DNA from: Gnetum montanum
Taxonomy: Eukaryota; Plantae; Gnetophyta
Assembly (NCBI GenBank): GCA_015680685.1
Contig: MNCI01003452.1
Location: 185,142-249,141, forward strand
Direction: 5' to 3'
DNA length: 64,000 nucleotides
Shown here: positions 10,711-24,087 of the stretch, in pieces
Position numbering within the stretch: the first letter of the stretch is position 1
Layout of the letters: the number at the start of each line of letters is the position of its first letter
Program-made: the position numbers and the translations under genes
The notes under the pieces: model-generated
What the model saw: the letters and a program-made list of their open reading frames with translations, nothing else
Database searches by the model: none
Told to the model about the DNA's origin: nothing

Positions 10711-13379
10711 CGCCTGCACTGCGCCTGCCGTCGTGTGTCGACTGGCCCCTAAGGGCCCCTCCCCACCGGCGACACGGGTTCTTTTGCTTCTTCTACCCCC
10801 CATGCTTTTGGTTTTTGCCTCCCCTTCCTTTGTTGCTGGTGGGGGGGGGCACCACCCCCCCACTTTCTTTTTCGAGGGAGCACCCCCCTGGGGAACGTTT
10901 GTCAATTAGGGTGTCGGTGTTTTGCATGGGGGTTTCCACCCCCCCTCCTCTTTTCTCTGTGGGCCATTTCTGATGACCTTCGAATTGTATACTCTTGTAC
11001 TATAATTTTTCAGTAATACAATCCCGAACATTTCTCAAAAAGAAAAAAGAAAAAAAAAGGGTGCATCCTTTGTATTTTTGTTAATTGTAACTTTGTTGAT
11101 AAATCTAGTTTAGGTTCCTTCTCAATCTTTTGACCGTTGCATCATTTCAGTCTGTTTGTAGTTTCAATTTGAAAAATGTCAAGGAGAAAGCATGATACTT
11201 CACTAGAGGTCTCTGTGGCCTGAGGCCCTTGCCATTTGCTTCTAGGTACCGGTTCAGCCTTCAACTTTGAGGTTGAGGACATCTGAGTGCCATTATGAAG
11301 TTATATAACTAGTTATCAAATCATTGTCACATGGTGCTTGCCCTTCTGTGGTCATTAGATATGTCATTAACTAGGCAAGAGGCTAAGTCCTATGTTGTAT
11401 TAGTTTTCAAGGTGCAGTATATGACATTCCATTAACTAAACCATAGTTAGTGGTGAAGTGCACCAAATCCTGGTTGATTCTGGTTTGAAGCCATTCATAC
11501 AGTTTCCTTCATTTGAACTAGATTTTGATGTTATTAATTGCATTCTATGGTCATACGTGGAGGGCTGGTTTCTTTATAAGAGTAGCAATCATTTCATTTT
11601 TTGAAGTTAAAGAAGTAAGATATTGCTTCAAAACTATAGAGGGCAAAACCATGTTTGAAAGGCCTAGGATAGCCAGGATAGATTTTTTTTTTCTTTTGGG
11701 GGTACATGTTTAAAAATCCTAAGAGTTTTGAGAAAGCTGATAGGCCATTAAATAGCCTTGTTCTTATCTTTTCATTGTTGCAAATATGACTTAGCTTAGT
11801 AGAAGTTATAGCTTGCATAATAATTATCCTTGATTGCAAGGTAGATACAAATTGGAAGGCGTTGACTCTTCTTCATGCTAAGGTGTGTCTTGAGATTAAA
11901 ATTGATTGGTTTGAGACTCTGTAGGAAGAGATGTTTAGAGGAAGTCATACGATTTTTCTAGCGCAGTGCATTTCTCTCAAGTTTATTTGATTTTTGCTAT
12001 GGTCTTTACTCTTTTCATGGTGGTGGATCATCTCGTGGTTGTTACCATCCCAAATACTAATAGCTAGGAAGATGTGAATAAGTTGTGGAATGTGATTGTA
12101 GGAGTAGCTGTTGAAGCCTCCACGGTTGAGGTATCCAAGTCTCATGGAGATTGAGATCTTGGTAATAACAATTGATTTCCTTTGCATGAAAAAGTTTAAA
12201 GTTGGGTTCATTGGATTTAGTGTACGCCGAACGAGCTTTGGAGAGCAGGTGCGTTTCTTATAAGGTGACTTGAATTTTGTCAACGTTGCACTTCACAATT
12301 TACAAAGATATTAGTGAGTATGTTTACAACTCAGCTTAGTTGGTAGACTTGGTGAATGCAACTGCAGAGTGGATGACAAAGTTAGAGCCAGAATTTTGTT
12401 TGATCATAACCAGTTGGCAAAGAATAATACACTGTTAGTGGTTAGTTGCCATCTTGTAGTTGTTTAGTTCATCAAGGGCTAGGAAGCTAAAGAAAACGTG
12501 AATAAGCTCTAGAATGCTGAGATGGATATCTTGGCACAGTTGGACTGTGCCAAGTTAAATAAACAGGTTGAAGACCAGACTGCCATAATTTCAAAAGTTT
12601 TTTTTAAGGAAGGTTAGGATTTATTATATAGAGAATGAATAATTAGGCAGTTAGTGTCAGTGTTACAGACATTGCATCAAAAATAAAAAGGTGGTGAGAA
12701 ACCCTTTGAGACTTTGTGGCACAAAGAAGAGGGGAACATTATTGAGCATCTTCTTCATAATTTCAGTACATCCCAAACATTGGTTTCAGGGTTCCCCAAA
12801 GCCATGAAACTAACAACAAAAGCCCCTACAAAAGTGACAAAACAAAAATTGGCCATTGGGCATGCAGAAGAGACAAACAGATACAATTAGACATCTTTTG
12901 CCTATGTAGGTGATTCACAATCCTTATTTACCCTTGGACTTGATCAAGTTGAAGGTCTCATTAATTTCCTTAAGTTCAGCCTGCTTGCTTTCTAGTCATC
13001 TAGGGCTATGACATGCCTCCATTTCCAAATGGTGCTGTTCCGCAACAAATATGGTATCTCTTCATAACAAATGTTGTAATAAGACTTGAAAGGATAAGTT
13101 GTAATCAATACATGAAAGGGCACATTGTAAAAATGGGTATGTCTCTCAAGAGGACCTTTGGGGGTTTGACCTAAGGTATCTATACATAGGCATTAGAGGT
13201 TACATCAACATAGAGTTGCGAAGCTAGTAAAGGTGAGTAACAAGTGCTAGGTGAAGCAGGACATGAAGGTGACTAGCCATCCCTTCTAGCTAGTTACAGG
13301 CCTAACTGTAGTTGTAGTGTTAGATTGCCTCTAAGGGATAGATACCAAAGGAAGATAACCCCTAGGAATCCTTAGAGCA

Positions 13380-14778
13380 TGACCTAGATACATTATTCCA
13401 CATTAATAAAACATTCTGCATTTTCCCTATTATTTTCTTTATGCATAATGTTAAATATTACATATATTTGACATTTACCCCGATATCTAAGAACGGAATG
13501 TCATAGGCTAGGTAGTGGAACCTATCATGGTGAAGGTGGGTCACCCTTAAATTGTGATGTGACATGGACAATGCATTAATTCCCAATACATTATATGGGT
13601 ACTTGTTAGGATAGAACCACTTCTTGCAAATGCTCACTAGGCTTTTAAGGAGGTTTTACTCTATCTCTTTGTGTTCATCCTCCTCCACTTGTTTTTGCAT
13701 TTCTTTCTCTTGTTGATTTTGTTGTTTCTATTTGAACTTCTCCTACTCCTATTGAGCTACCTGATGTTGTCAATGCCTCTTTTCCTGCTCTTGCAGTTAT
13801 ATTTGTCTATCATCCTCTTGTTTTTGCTTCCTAGCTAGTTCTTTTTGCGGGTTCTATTGTTCTTTCTTTTACTTGGCTTTGTCTTGGAACTCTTGCCTAA
13901 TTTTCTTCTACATGATGTGAATGTTGATCTTGCTACATTGTTGCGCCTCCCACTTGAGCCAAACTTCAATGTCTTTCTTAGCCCTAGTGATCTTCTCCCT
14001 GAGATAGCCTTCAGCCTCTTGCCTAACGCAACCTTTGAAGTCCCACATGTAGGCTTCTACAGGATAAGTCTACATCATAGCTTTGCATTAATGGCTGCTC
14101 TATTATGGGCCTCTATCTCTTGTCAAAACACAATTCATAACGTCTAGGAATAACTGGTCATCAACTCATCATAGCCACCTATTTGATGTGATGACTCTTG
14201 TCCAATCCCATCTGTGAGATGGTCCTGAGGTGCAAAGTACTTGGTGTTGGTAGTTTTGTCCATTGATGGCTTCTCACTAGGACATGCATGTGCCCTGTCA
14301 ATGTCTTTTGACATCACATTGGTCCTACTATTGCTTGTCCTATGATAGTAGGGCCTTTGAAATCTGCTACCATCATTGCTTAATGCTCAATGTAACCATC
14401 CCCTAGTCTTGTGCCTGCTTCTTTTTCATTACCTTCCAGAGGGTAGAAATGAGCTTTGAATGCTTAGCATTTTGCATATGCTAGAGGCATGCTAAGATGA
14501 AATGTGGAATATTAACCCACCTTTGAAGCTTTAAACACTTTAGAAATGTAAAGTGAATGCCTTATAGTTTTGAGAGATTACTACTTTGCACCAGAAATCA
14601 CTCTACAACCTTGATGGCCTTTTGCAAAATCAATTACAATCTAGTCCATGGAATTTGGTCGTTGGAAGTGGTTGGAACCCTCAAATGGAAGAAATTAAAA
14701 GTAGTATGTGAGCCCCAATCTAAGGGTAGCATGAGTCTGTTGTCCCAAAGGAACCTCCAAATACCTCATGATGGTCTA
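13380..14778 (-). mobile_element. LINE-B remnant, 3' part (second half of the PF20167-like domain, coiled coil, J-like start)
   Basis: Minus-strand translation FLVQSSNLSKL*GIHFTFLKCLKLQRWVNIPHFILACL..KHSKLISTLWK matches LINE-A. Followed by DIEVWLKWEAQQ, a Q/E/K coiled coil and KWFYPNKYPYNVLGI...RFH. Confidence 0.8.
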
Positions 14779-15667
14779 TGATGAAGTGTCATTAGTCGAT
14801 GCGTCGACTAGGCCGCATATACGCGGCTATGTCGACGCGGCCCCGTTGACGCATCCTTCCATGCATCGACGTGGCCCTGTTTACGTGGAGCCTATTCTAG
14901 CCTATAAATAAGAGGGCTTCTGCCTCACTTAGGTACCTTTTTGTCAGTTGTAGCGAAGTTCTTGCAGTTTGTTCCCACGAGAGTTAGAATATTTTCCAAG
15001 TGCCCGCAGTAGGTGTAAGAAAGGTGTTCGGCTCTTTATTTGAGCGTTGATGTATTTGAGCCCATTAGTGTGAATGGCAATAAAGACGAGCTTTTTAAGC
15101 ATTCCTTGCAGCATTTGGACTTAGTCATTTAATGCATTTAATAGCTTAATATTTTTATGCTTTGATAATTACTTAAGTTTCTCTTGTTATTATTTTAATT
15201 GCTATCGCTCGTTCATAGTTCATAGAAACCATAAGTATGACCATCTTGAACGTAAACCCAACGCTTGGCAACCCAGTGACGCTTAATGTCTAGTAACCCA
15301 GTAGTGGTTAGGGGATGCTTAGGACGTGCATGGAAGATGGGATCGGATACTTATGCTAGGAATAGTTAAGATACAGATTAGGATAATTATAGATTAGATA
15401 ATATTTCATTCCTTACTTTCCATGCCTTAACTAGATGCCAAAAGATAAAGTAAAAAGCCATAAAAATCAGTTGCCTCAATCTCACTTAACTATCGCCACT
15501 AGAACATCACAAGTGAGGTTGGGAAGACAACGACCGTTCTAACCCAAGGTTTTGTTGGTTAGGGTTTGGTGTATGCAAAGTGCTTACAGTCTACAGGATT
15601 CGACCGAGTCGTGTGTGAATGCCCGTGATTCGTATGGTTGGGTGTAGGGGTACCTAGCCACTCATCA
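14779..15667 (+). repeat. Athila-1 5' LTR (889 bp)
   Basis: TGATGAAG...CTCATCA, TATAAATA at ~14903. Direct repeat of 27162-28036 with scattered, mostly transition, differences. Confidence 0.95.
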
Positions 15668-15668
15668 T

Positions 15669-15686
15669 TGGCGTCGTTGCCGAGGA
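15669..15686 (+). promoter_or_regulatory. Primer binding site, tRNA-Asp type
   Basis: TGGCGTCGTTGCCGAGGA immediately after the LTR; resembles the Athila consensus TGGCGCCGTTGCCGGGGA. Confidence 0.85.
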
Positions 15687-16629
15687 CTGTTAGTCTTACA
15701 TGCACTATTTAACCTTAGGAAAATTATTATTCACGTCGTTGGAACGGACCCAGGATAGCAACATTTACGCACACTAGGCAGATTAGAGTAAAAAGTAAGG
15801 TACACCAATTAAATGGCTCATCTAACATCCAACATGTCTTCTTCTCATAGGCGAGATGTATCCAACCCATTGGTGCCACAAGAATGTCAGGTGGTATACA
15901 AGCATCCCAATGAATATGTCCCTGACTTCACATTCATCTTACATTAGGATGAGCATCTACGATGGTGGGACATGAAAGGCAACATCATACTACCACTTGA
16001 TCAATCAGCTCCTGGAATGCTATTTCACAATCTTGCCAGACTAGGCATCTAGGACTGTGGAGTGGAGTATGTCATGGAGGACCATGACTACTGGGACTAT
16101 CGTCCCACTGAGGCCCAACGAGCACGAGCCTAGTAGACCAGCAGCAAGCAGAACGATACGAACACATGAAGGGGAAATAGTTCAGTAACCCCTTATTCTT
16201 GCAAGGGCTGCAGGACGATGGGGAACCTATCTTTCATGATTCCCATTTGGCTGAACTTCCTTTGGGGTAGTAGATCATTTAGTCCATCATCCAGAACAAG
16301 CCTCCAAGTGACCGAGATCCTCAAGGGGATGGAGGGTCACGTAGCAAGGATGGGCAGGATGATCGAGGCCATCATAAGAGCAGAGGGGGAGATTGACACC
16401 GGAGCGGTGTCGACTCCTCTCCTTCTTCTCCATCCTCTCGCTCCCCTCTACCGTCACCCAGTTCAGACTCTAATCACAACCATGGTAGAAAGGAGCGAGG
16501 AGGTGGTGGTCGTAATGATCGAAGGGACTGGTGTGGGGAAATGTGCGACCAATCGCGCGAGGCTTACCATCATGAAAGGAGGGGTAGCCAAAACCATCAT
16601 AGACATCGTGGTCCTTAGCAGGACTATGA

Positions 16630-19600
16630 CTTGGATGAGCCATTGTTGGCTCCTCGGAGCATGCTCCATATCGCCCAGGTAGTTCAAATACCTAGTAGGC
16701 ATGTAAAGGATAGCTGGATCAAATGCATTGACATAAACAACATCCCTAGATTTGAAGGGGGATACAATTGTGATCCGCAAACTCACTTGCAAGCGTTTCA
16801 TGATGCTTGCACCCTGTAGAACATTGACAGTGATTGGCAAAAGCTTAAGCTGTTCCCTCGTACACTCATCAAGGAAGCAGAAAGTTGGTATTAGTCCTTG
16901 GAACCAAAATCAATCAGAAGATGGAGTACGATGCTTGAGATTTTCAATGACAAGTATCAAACCTACTCTAGGGTGGCGAATCTGAGACGTCAAATCCAAG
17001 GCTGGAAGCAAGGGAATCATGAACCCTTAGATGCAGCCATGAGTAGGTACTATTCATTGTTACATCGATGCCCTGGTCATGGCTACTCTCAACGGGCACA
17101 GCTTTGCCATATCATTGATGGGCTCCGCTTTGAAACTAGAAAGACCCTTGGCGTGTACACCCAGGGACGATTATTAGAACTGAGGGCCCATCAACTGTAG
17201 CGCCTCATTAAGCAAGTGGCCAAAGAAGAAGGGGAACTCAGAAAGAAGGAGAGTGCGGAGGAGTTTAATCTGGACCCTTCCATTAGAAAGAGGGAAGTCC
17301 AATTTTGCGAAGATGAGGAGGAATCACCATTGGAACTAGTGGTGAATTGAAAAACCTTGTCCTTACAAAAGTTTGCATTTGAAATATTGGCAAAGGTTGA
17401 TGAGATGTGGGACTCTTTGGACAAAAAATTCCAAGGTGTGCTAAAAATTGCAGAAGAGTCCAGAGAACAAGGTAATGATCATGATCAGCATAGGAAGAAG
17501 GAAGCTGAATGTGCCCAACATAAGGGTAAGGGCAAAGTTGTTGTAGCAGAACAGGTTGCAGACTTTGACACGGAGGAGGATGATGAATGTGGCATATGCC
17601 AATATGGACATCCTAAGGGGTGTTGTCCCGTAGTGTTACATCTCCAAGAGTCTGGGGTGTACACATTGAATCCTTGCTTGGTGAAGAGGCAAACACCCTG
17701 AAGGTTGCCTTACCCACAAGGCAACCCAAGGCAGTTCCATCAGCAGCAAGGGTATTATCTGAGTGGAGCGCTACCGCAACCTTATGAATACTTCCAGCAG
17801 TGGCAGCAACCACAAGCATGAGGAATGCCACCTCCAAGGTAACAGTACCCTTATCGACAGCCAGATCCCTATGGGTACTACGTTTAGCAACCAGTCTCTC
17901 CACGGGACTCGTCCAGTCATGCCACATTTCAGAAATATTACCACCCCCTAGAATATTTCCAACCGCAATCTCCATCACCCAGGGGGGAAAGCCCACATCT
18001 CTACTATCCTCCATCACCTTCTCCTGCCACTCCTTCACAGCATTCCACTCAGCTACCACCTGCTCCACCTATGCAGGGGGAGATACTGCCACAACCACAA
18101 CAACGAAACGCTACGAGGGTTGTCAACCTACAACCAGCACCTTAGCCAAGTCGACCGGAACCCAAATCATGAAAACGTCATTTTTTCCAGCCCAATAATC
18201 TGCACATACCCTCACATACACCTGTGGCCAGTGCCTCTGAACCCCAAAGCGCCTCCACCGTTCCACTGCTCGAGCAGCCTTCAAACCAAACACCCTCCAA
18301 CGTACAAACGATCACGCTCACACATGTCGTGACTGACTGGATAAAGGTAAGGCATCTTCCTTGGAAATTGACTGATCTGGGAAGCCCCCTCATCTATCTT
18401 TAGGTGGTAGGAAATGAGCCCTGTAAAGCTCTTCTAGACTCAGGGTCAGGAGTCAATTTGATCTCACATGACATGTACAAGAATTGGAACCTGCCCCCGT
18501 TAAAGAAGAGCAACATTTGGCTCGAGCTAGCAGACCAATCCATCACCGTCCCCATGGGATTGGTGGAGGACATTGTGACCACTGTTTGTGGGTGGTCTTA
18601 TCTTGCTGATTTCCTTGTCATTTGTGTGGAAAATTGCAAGGGGAACTTCCCAATCATAATGGGAAGAGCCTGGCTGAGCATGGTGGATGCAAGACTAAGA
18701 CTCTGCGATCTTTCCCTTGAAATTTCAAAGGAAAATCCTTTTAGAAAGATTGAGAAGAAACACATTCCATGCATTGTGTACAATGACTCAGGGTGCAACT
18801 GTGTGCAGCAGTTATGGTCCGCTAAGTGGACATCCATTCAAGCATGCAATCGGTGTACCGAAGAGTCGCCAGTTCAATAGTGCCTGTATGCAATAGCCAC
18901 CAACCAAGAGGGCACCCACTGGCTGACAGCTGATCCTGCTAGCAGCACATTGTGCATGGAACCATTTGAGGGGCTTGTACGAGCCTACGTAGAAAGCATG
19001 GATGAAATGGAAGAGGTTCATCAACAAGTCTCCACTATTGATGGCCATGATGATTGGGGAAAGCTGCAAATCCCTGAAAGCTTCAAACACGAGCCCTTAG
19101 AGCTCAAGTCCTTACCGGCCCACTTAGAACATGCATTTTTGCACAATGGGAAGCCGGTAATTATCAATGCCACCCTTGCTCCTGAACAAAAGAAAAAGTT
19201 GCTGAAGGTGGTGAACAAATGGGATGCTGCATTTGCATGGTCATATCTTGAGTTAACTGGAGTTGATCTTAGGGTCTACCAACATCGAATTTATATTGAC
19301 CCTTCCATGAAGCCTCAACGACAACCACAAAGATGATTGAACCCCAAGTTGAAGCAGGTCATAAAAAATGAAATCGAGTAGTTGCTAAAGGCAAGGTTCA
19401 TCTATTCCATTGCCGATAGCGAATGGGTTAGCCCACTCGTTATTGTGCCGAAGAAGGGTGGCAAATGGAGGGTTTGTATAGATTTTCGATTGCTCAACAT
19501 GGCTACCTTTAAAGATTACTTCCCACTCCCATTTGTGGACCAGGTGTTGGATACCATTGCAGGGCACTGTTATTATAGCTTTTTGGATGGTTATAGTGGC

Positions 19601-21910
19601 TATAACCAAATCCAAATTGCACCAGAGGACCAGGCCAAAACAACTTTCACAAGTCCATGGAGGACTTTCGCATACAAGAAGATGTCTTTTGGCCTGTGCA
19701 ATTCGCCTACCACGTTCCAATGCCTTGTCCTCAACATCTTCCAACAGCAAATTGGCAATGGGGTAGAGGTCTTCATGGATGACTTCTCTACCTATGGGGC
19801 CACGTTCGAGCAAGCCTTGGAGTGCCTTGAGCAAGTTCTGAAAAGGTGTGTAGACACTAATCTACGGCTCAATTGGTAGAAAAGTCACTTAATGGTCCAA
19901 GAAGGCATTGTGCTGGGGCATCGTATCTCACAAACAGGGATTAGCGTGGATCCTGAAAAGATTAGGGTCATCCAAGGAATCACACTACAACCAAGCACTG
20001 TAAAAGATGTTTGGTCATTCCTTGGCCACATTGGTTACTGCTGGCGCTTCATTGAAAATTTCTCAAAGATTGCCAAGCCATTGGTAGAACTCACAAAGAA
20101 TGATGCTCCGTTTATCTGGACCAAGGAATGTGAATCTGCGTTCCAATTGCTTAAACAGAAACTCATAGAGACTCCAGTTCTACGGGCACCTGATTGGTCT
20201 AGGCCCTTTCACATCATGATGGATGCATCCAATTATGCCTTGGGAGCCGTGCTTACACAGTGTGATGATAAAAAACGTCCATACTATATCCACTGTGCAA
20301 GTCGTAGCATTGTGGGTGCTCAACTTAACTACACCACCACCGAAAAGGAGTTGATGGCGGTGGTGTTCGCCTTGGAAAAAATTCAACACTATGTGCTCAG
20401 ATACAAGGTGTTTGTGCATATTCACCACAGTGCTATCCGGTTCCTGATGAACAAACTAACGGTAAGCCCCCGCATATTCTGGTGGCTGGTGATTCTCCTG
20501 GAATTTGACCTCACCATGGTAGACCGGAAGGGGACCGAGAATGTGGTTGCTGACCACTTGTCTCGGTTGCGATGGGATGACACAGAAGAGGAGGAGCCCC
20601 TCTCTGACCAATTTCCAGATGAACTCCTCTTCGTGGGTGCAGTTGATTCGCAGGTGCTCAAAGCATCACCTTGGTTCAGCCACATCCTCACCTATCTCAC
20701 AACTCAGGAGTTGCCAAAGGAGTGGGACCATTGGCAGAAACAATAGTTTCTCCATAAGGCCAAGCATTTCATGGAAATCAGTGGCCACCTTTATAAGGTG
20801 TGCATAGATGGCCTGGTTCGATGGTGTGTCCCTGATGATGATACACGGTGCATTCTCCAAGATGCTCATGAGGGTCCTTGTGGGGGCCACTATGCTGGAT
20901 GTCGCACAACCATTAAGATCCTGCTTGCAGAGTATTATTGGCCCACAATTTTCAGGGATGCACAATGGTTCGCCTGCTCCTGCGAACGATGCTAGGGAGA
21001 TGGTGGGATGACTGCATGGATGAAGAGACCTCAACAGTGGATCCAACCACTGGAGCCCTTTGACATTTGAGGCATCGACTTCATGGGGCCCATCACACCC
21101 TTGTCCAACAGAAAGACGTACATCATCATAGCTGTGGACTACTGCACAAAGTGGGCGGAGGTGGCAGTCGTCGTTGATTGTTCTTCAAACATCGCCGCAC
21201 GATTTGTTCAACAACAAATCGTCAACAGGTTTGGAGTGCCCCGTGCACTCATCTCAGATAATGGCACTCATTTCACAGGTTTCACTTTTCAAAAACTCAT
21301 GCAACACTTAGGGGTTACCCATAAATTTACCACACCTTACCACCCCCAAGCCAACGAGTAGGCCGAAGTCACCAATAGGGAGATCACTAGGATCCTTACT
21401 CGAACCATCAGCAAATATAGGAAGGATTGGAGCACCAAACTTAACGACGCTCTCTGGGCCTATTGCTCCACTTGGAAGCTTCCTATAGGCTACTCTCCCT
21501 ATGAGTTAGTGTACGGTAAGCTACCAAAACTACCAATCCAAGCTGAACTTCGGACACTATTCACAGCTAGTGACTTAAGCCTTGACCTACCACTAGCACA
21601 ACGTGAACGACTTATCAACCTAAGTGTTCTAGATGAGAATCAATTAGTGGCCCTATCTTCAAATGAGATCCACAAGGCCTACAACAAAAAACATCATGAT
21701 CTTAGGATTCGGAAGGTCACATTCAGACGTGGAGACAAGGTGTTGTATTGAAACCCCACACATGTATCACAACCGACCAAGTTTCAAACACTGTGGGAGG
21801 GACCTTACATTGTCTCCGAAACCTTCTCATCTGGGGCCTTACTTATCCACAAACCTGAGGACCTTACTAGAATGCAGTTGGTCAACCGGCAACAACTGAA
21901 ACCTTTCCGT
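16630..21910 (+). pseudogene. Athila-1 gag-pol with stops and frameshifts
   Basis: gag (KLKLFP...W..M...F..KY), Zn knuckle CGICQYGHPKGCCP, protease ALLDSGSGVNLI, RT SEWVSP...CIDFR...FLDGYSGYNQI...VFMDDF, RNase H DASNYALGAVL...TTEKEL, integrase H-H-C-C, DFMGP, ISDNGTHF, YHPQAN. Confidence 0.95.
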
Positions 21911-24087
21911 GAACTCCACCTAACCAGTGTTGCCATCTCATCATCACCTAGACAACCTCGCTTCATGTTTCGCGTCTCCTCCTTTCCACCTAGTCGTGGG
22001 GAAGACCATCCTCCATGCTAACCCATTCTACTACACCCCTCACTGTTTTTTGGAATTTTTTGTTTTACACTTTTTTGTTTTTTAACATCGTTCATACATT
22101 TGCCAATTCTTGCTAATTTTTCCTTTCTTAAAATTATTTTTCCATTTCCTTGTTGTTTATTTATGTGTATGTGTGTGTTTCATTTTCAGTTGATTGCTAG
22201 TACGTCGTCTAATTGTCATTAGGTTTGGCGTGGATGGTCTTCGTTGCGATGGGTCACTGGAAATAGTCACTTATTTTACCTTGCTCTTGCCCTCGCATGG
22301 TTGTTCTTGGATTTTGCATCTACTTTCACCTCATAATATTGGTAGCGAGTCCACGTCATCCACCCATTCACCCACTCCATGGTTTTCCTACTCTTGGAAA
22401 TATGCAAACCCCTTTCACTTAAAAACATTATAATTAATGTGTGACTTGTGCAGTTCCTAGACTCAGGGATGACCCAATGGTTTAAATCGGTTGTGACTTC
22501 AAGGGGAATGCATCATTCGTCGTCCTCTTCTACCCCTTGGGTGGCGGGAGTGCCGTTACGAATTTCTTCCCACTCCAAGTCTTCTCTACAAGGAAGCTCC
22601 TTGGTAGTTTGACCTTGCATGGTGTGGTCCTCATAAAAAAAAAAAAAAAGAGAAAAAACAAAAAACAAAAAAAAAAAACACAAAAAAAAGAAAAAAGAAA
22701 ACATGAGGATTCAAAGCACACCCTTGATTGAATGCATGCACACAAGCATGGGTCTTTGCATGGTGTGGTTTCCACAAAATAAAAGAAAACACAAGAATAA
22801 TATCTTAACCATGTGGGAATTCAAAGCACACCCCTTAGACTGCCTCTCATGGGCCACAAGCACTAGTTATGGGACTTCCTTCGTCCCCTCTAACTTAGTC
22901 CCATTTCACTTCCTTCCTCTCACGTCTGTTGGAGTGGTGGTTCTCTGTGGGTGCATTCCTGTCCACTTGGGGGGTGGCTGGGTCTTCGCATGTTGCTGCG
23001 ATGTCACTAGATGTGGATGGGTTTGGGTCTGAACTTGGGATAGGTCCTATCGGGTCACTTAACCACAACTTCACACGGGGTTTCATGTGACCAAAAGTTG
23101 GAATTCCAAACCTCACTCCTCTCTCTTCACCCACTTCTCTCCATGACTCACCTTGCTGCCGGTCTTATGTTTTGGTAGTTGTCATAATTCCTGTGAACTT
23201 CTCATGCCTTGGTAGGTTCTCATGGATGGGAGTCTTAACCTGCGATCGCCATTCCTTAGCCCTGGGGCCCACGGACCCTGGTGTTGGGGATATGCAAGGG
23301 CTACAAAGGCTACCGCCTGCTATGGGGAGGACCTACTTGCATATTCTTGGTGCCGTTTGTTAGTTTCCCATCCTCTTGGTTTGTTGGTGGCTTGCTTCCA
23401 TGTTACTCATCGCCCGATTTCTTTCTCGCGGAGTCCTTTCTCACCACGTTCTCGTACCTTTGACTCGTTTTCTAGCTCGACTTCCCTTCCTCTTGCCTTC
23501 AGCCATGTTCTGGGCCCCTCATGCTCTTCAACTGTCCCAATTTGGCATTTTAAATTCATCTTTTTGGGCTTTTTCTTGGTTGGTCAACGCTGGTCAACGG
23601 GTGCGACCCCCTGCGTATACGGGGCCCCATCGACGTAGCGCCCAACCCCTATATATATGGCTGTTGCACTTTAGATTTTCATCATTTTGCAAACAAATTG
23701 GGGGGAGATTTTGCCATTTTTTCTAACGAACTTATTCCCAAGCACCCACATTCCATCGCGTGTTTGCGTCAACCAATCCTTGCCCTCTTAAGCACCCAGA
23801 GATATGCTCTTAGTCGTGGCCCGGGGGGGGGGGGGGGGAAGCCTATGTGTATTTAATTAATTAATTAGTTAATTAAGACTTTGCACCTCTAAGGGAAGAA
23901 ACGAAAACAACTGTTTAAACTCCAACTCATCCCTTGTTGTTTTTGGCTCTAACCCATGAATTAACACTCTGAGGGATTTAATGGAATGCCCTTGCCAACA
24001 ACATAACTTAGTTGAACTGAGAAAGTGTATAAGGACCATTTTGAGCTACTTATGCACAGTCTAATGGGTGGTTATGTTTGATTGTAG

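Larger units (their letters stand above)
4554..11068 (+). mobile_element. LINE-A: near full-length L1-clade non-LTR retrotransposon, decayed
   Basis: 12-bp TSD aagggcgcaccc (4554-4565) / aagggtgcatcc (11057-11068), differing by two C>T changes. A-rich tail at 11037-11058. ORF1 and ORF2 domains in canonical order; GC-rich relative to the AT-rich intron. Confidence 0.92.

Noticed and set aside
4419-10909. Many overlapping or antisense ORFs, including Cys-, Gly- and Ser-rich ones
   Set aside because: They are alternate-frame shadows of GC-rich, low-complexity LINE coding sequence.
11069-13380. Possible old L1 ORF1 remnant (minus, ~11500-12300) and a T-run at ~12598-12606 as the LINE-B tail
   Set aside because: Too degenerate; I found no diagnostic motif or TSD to support either.
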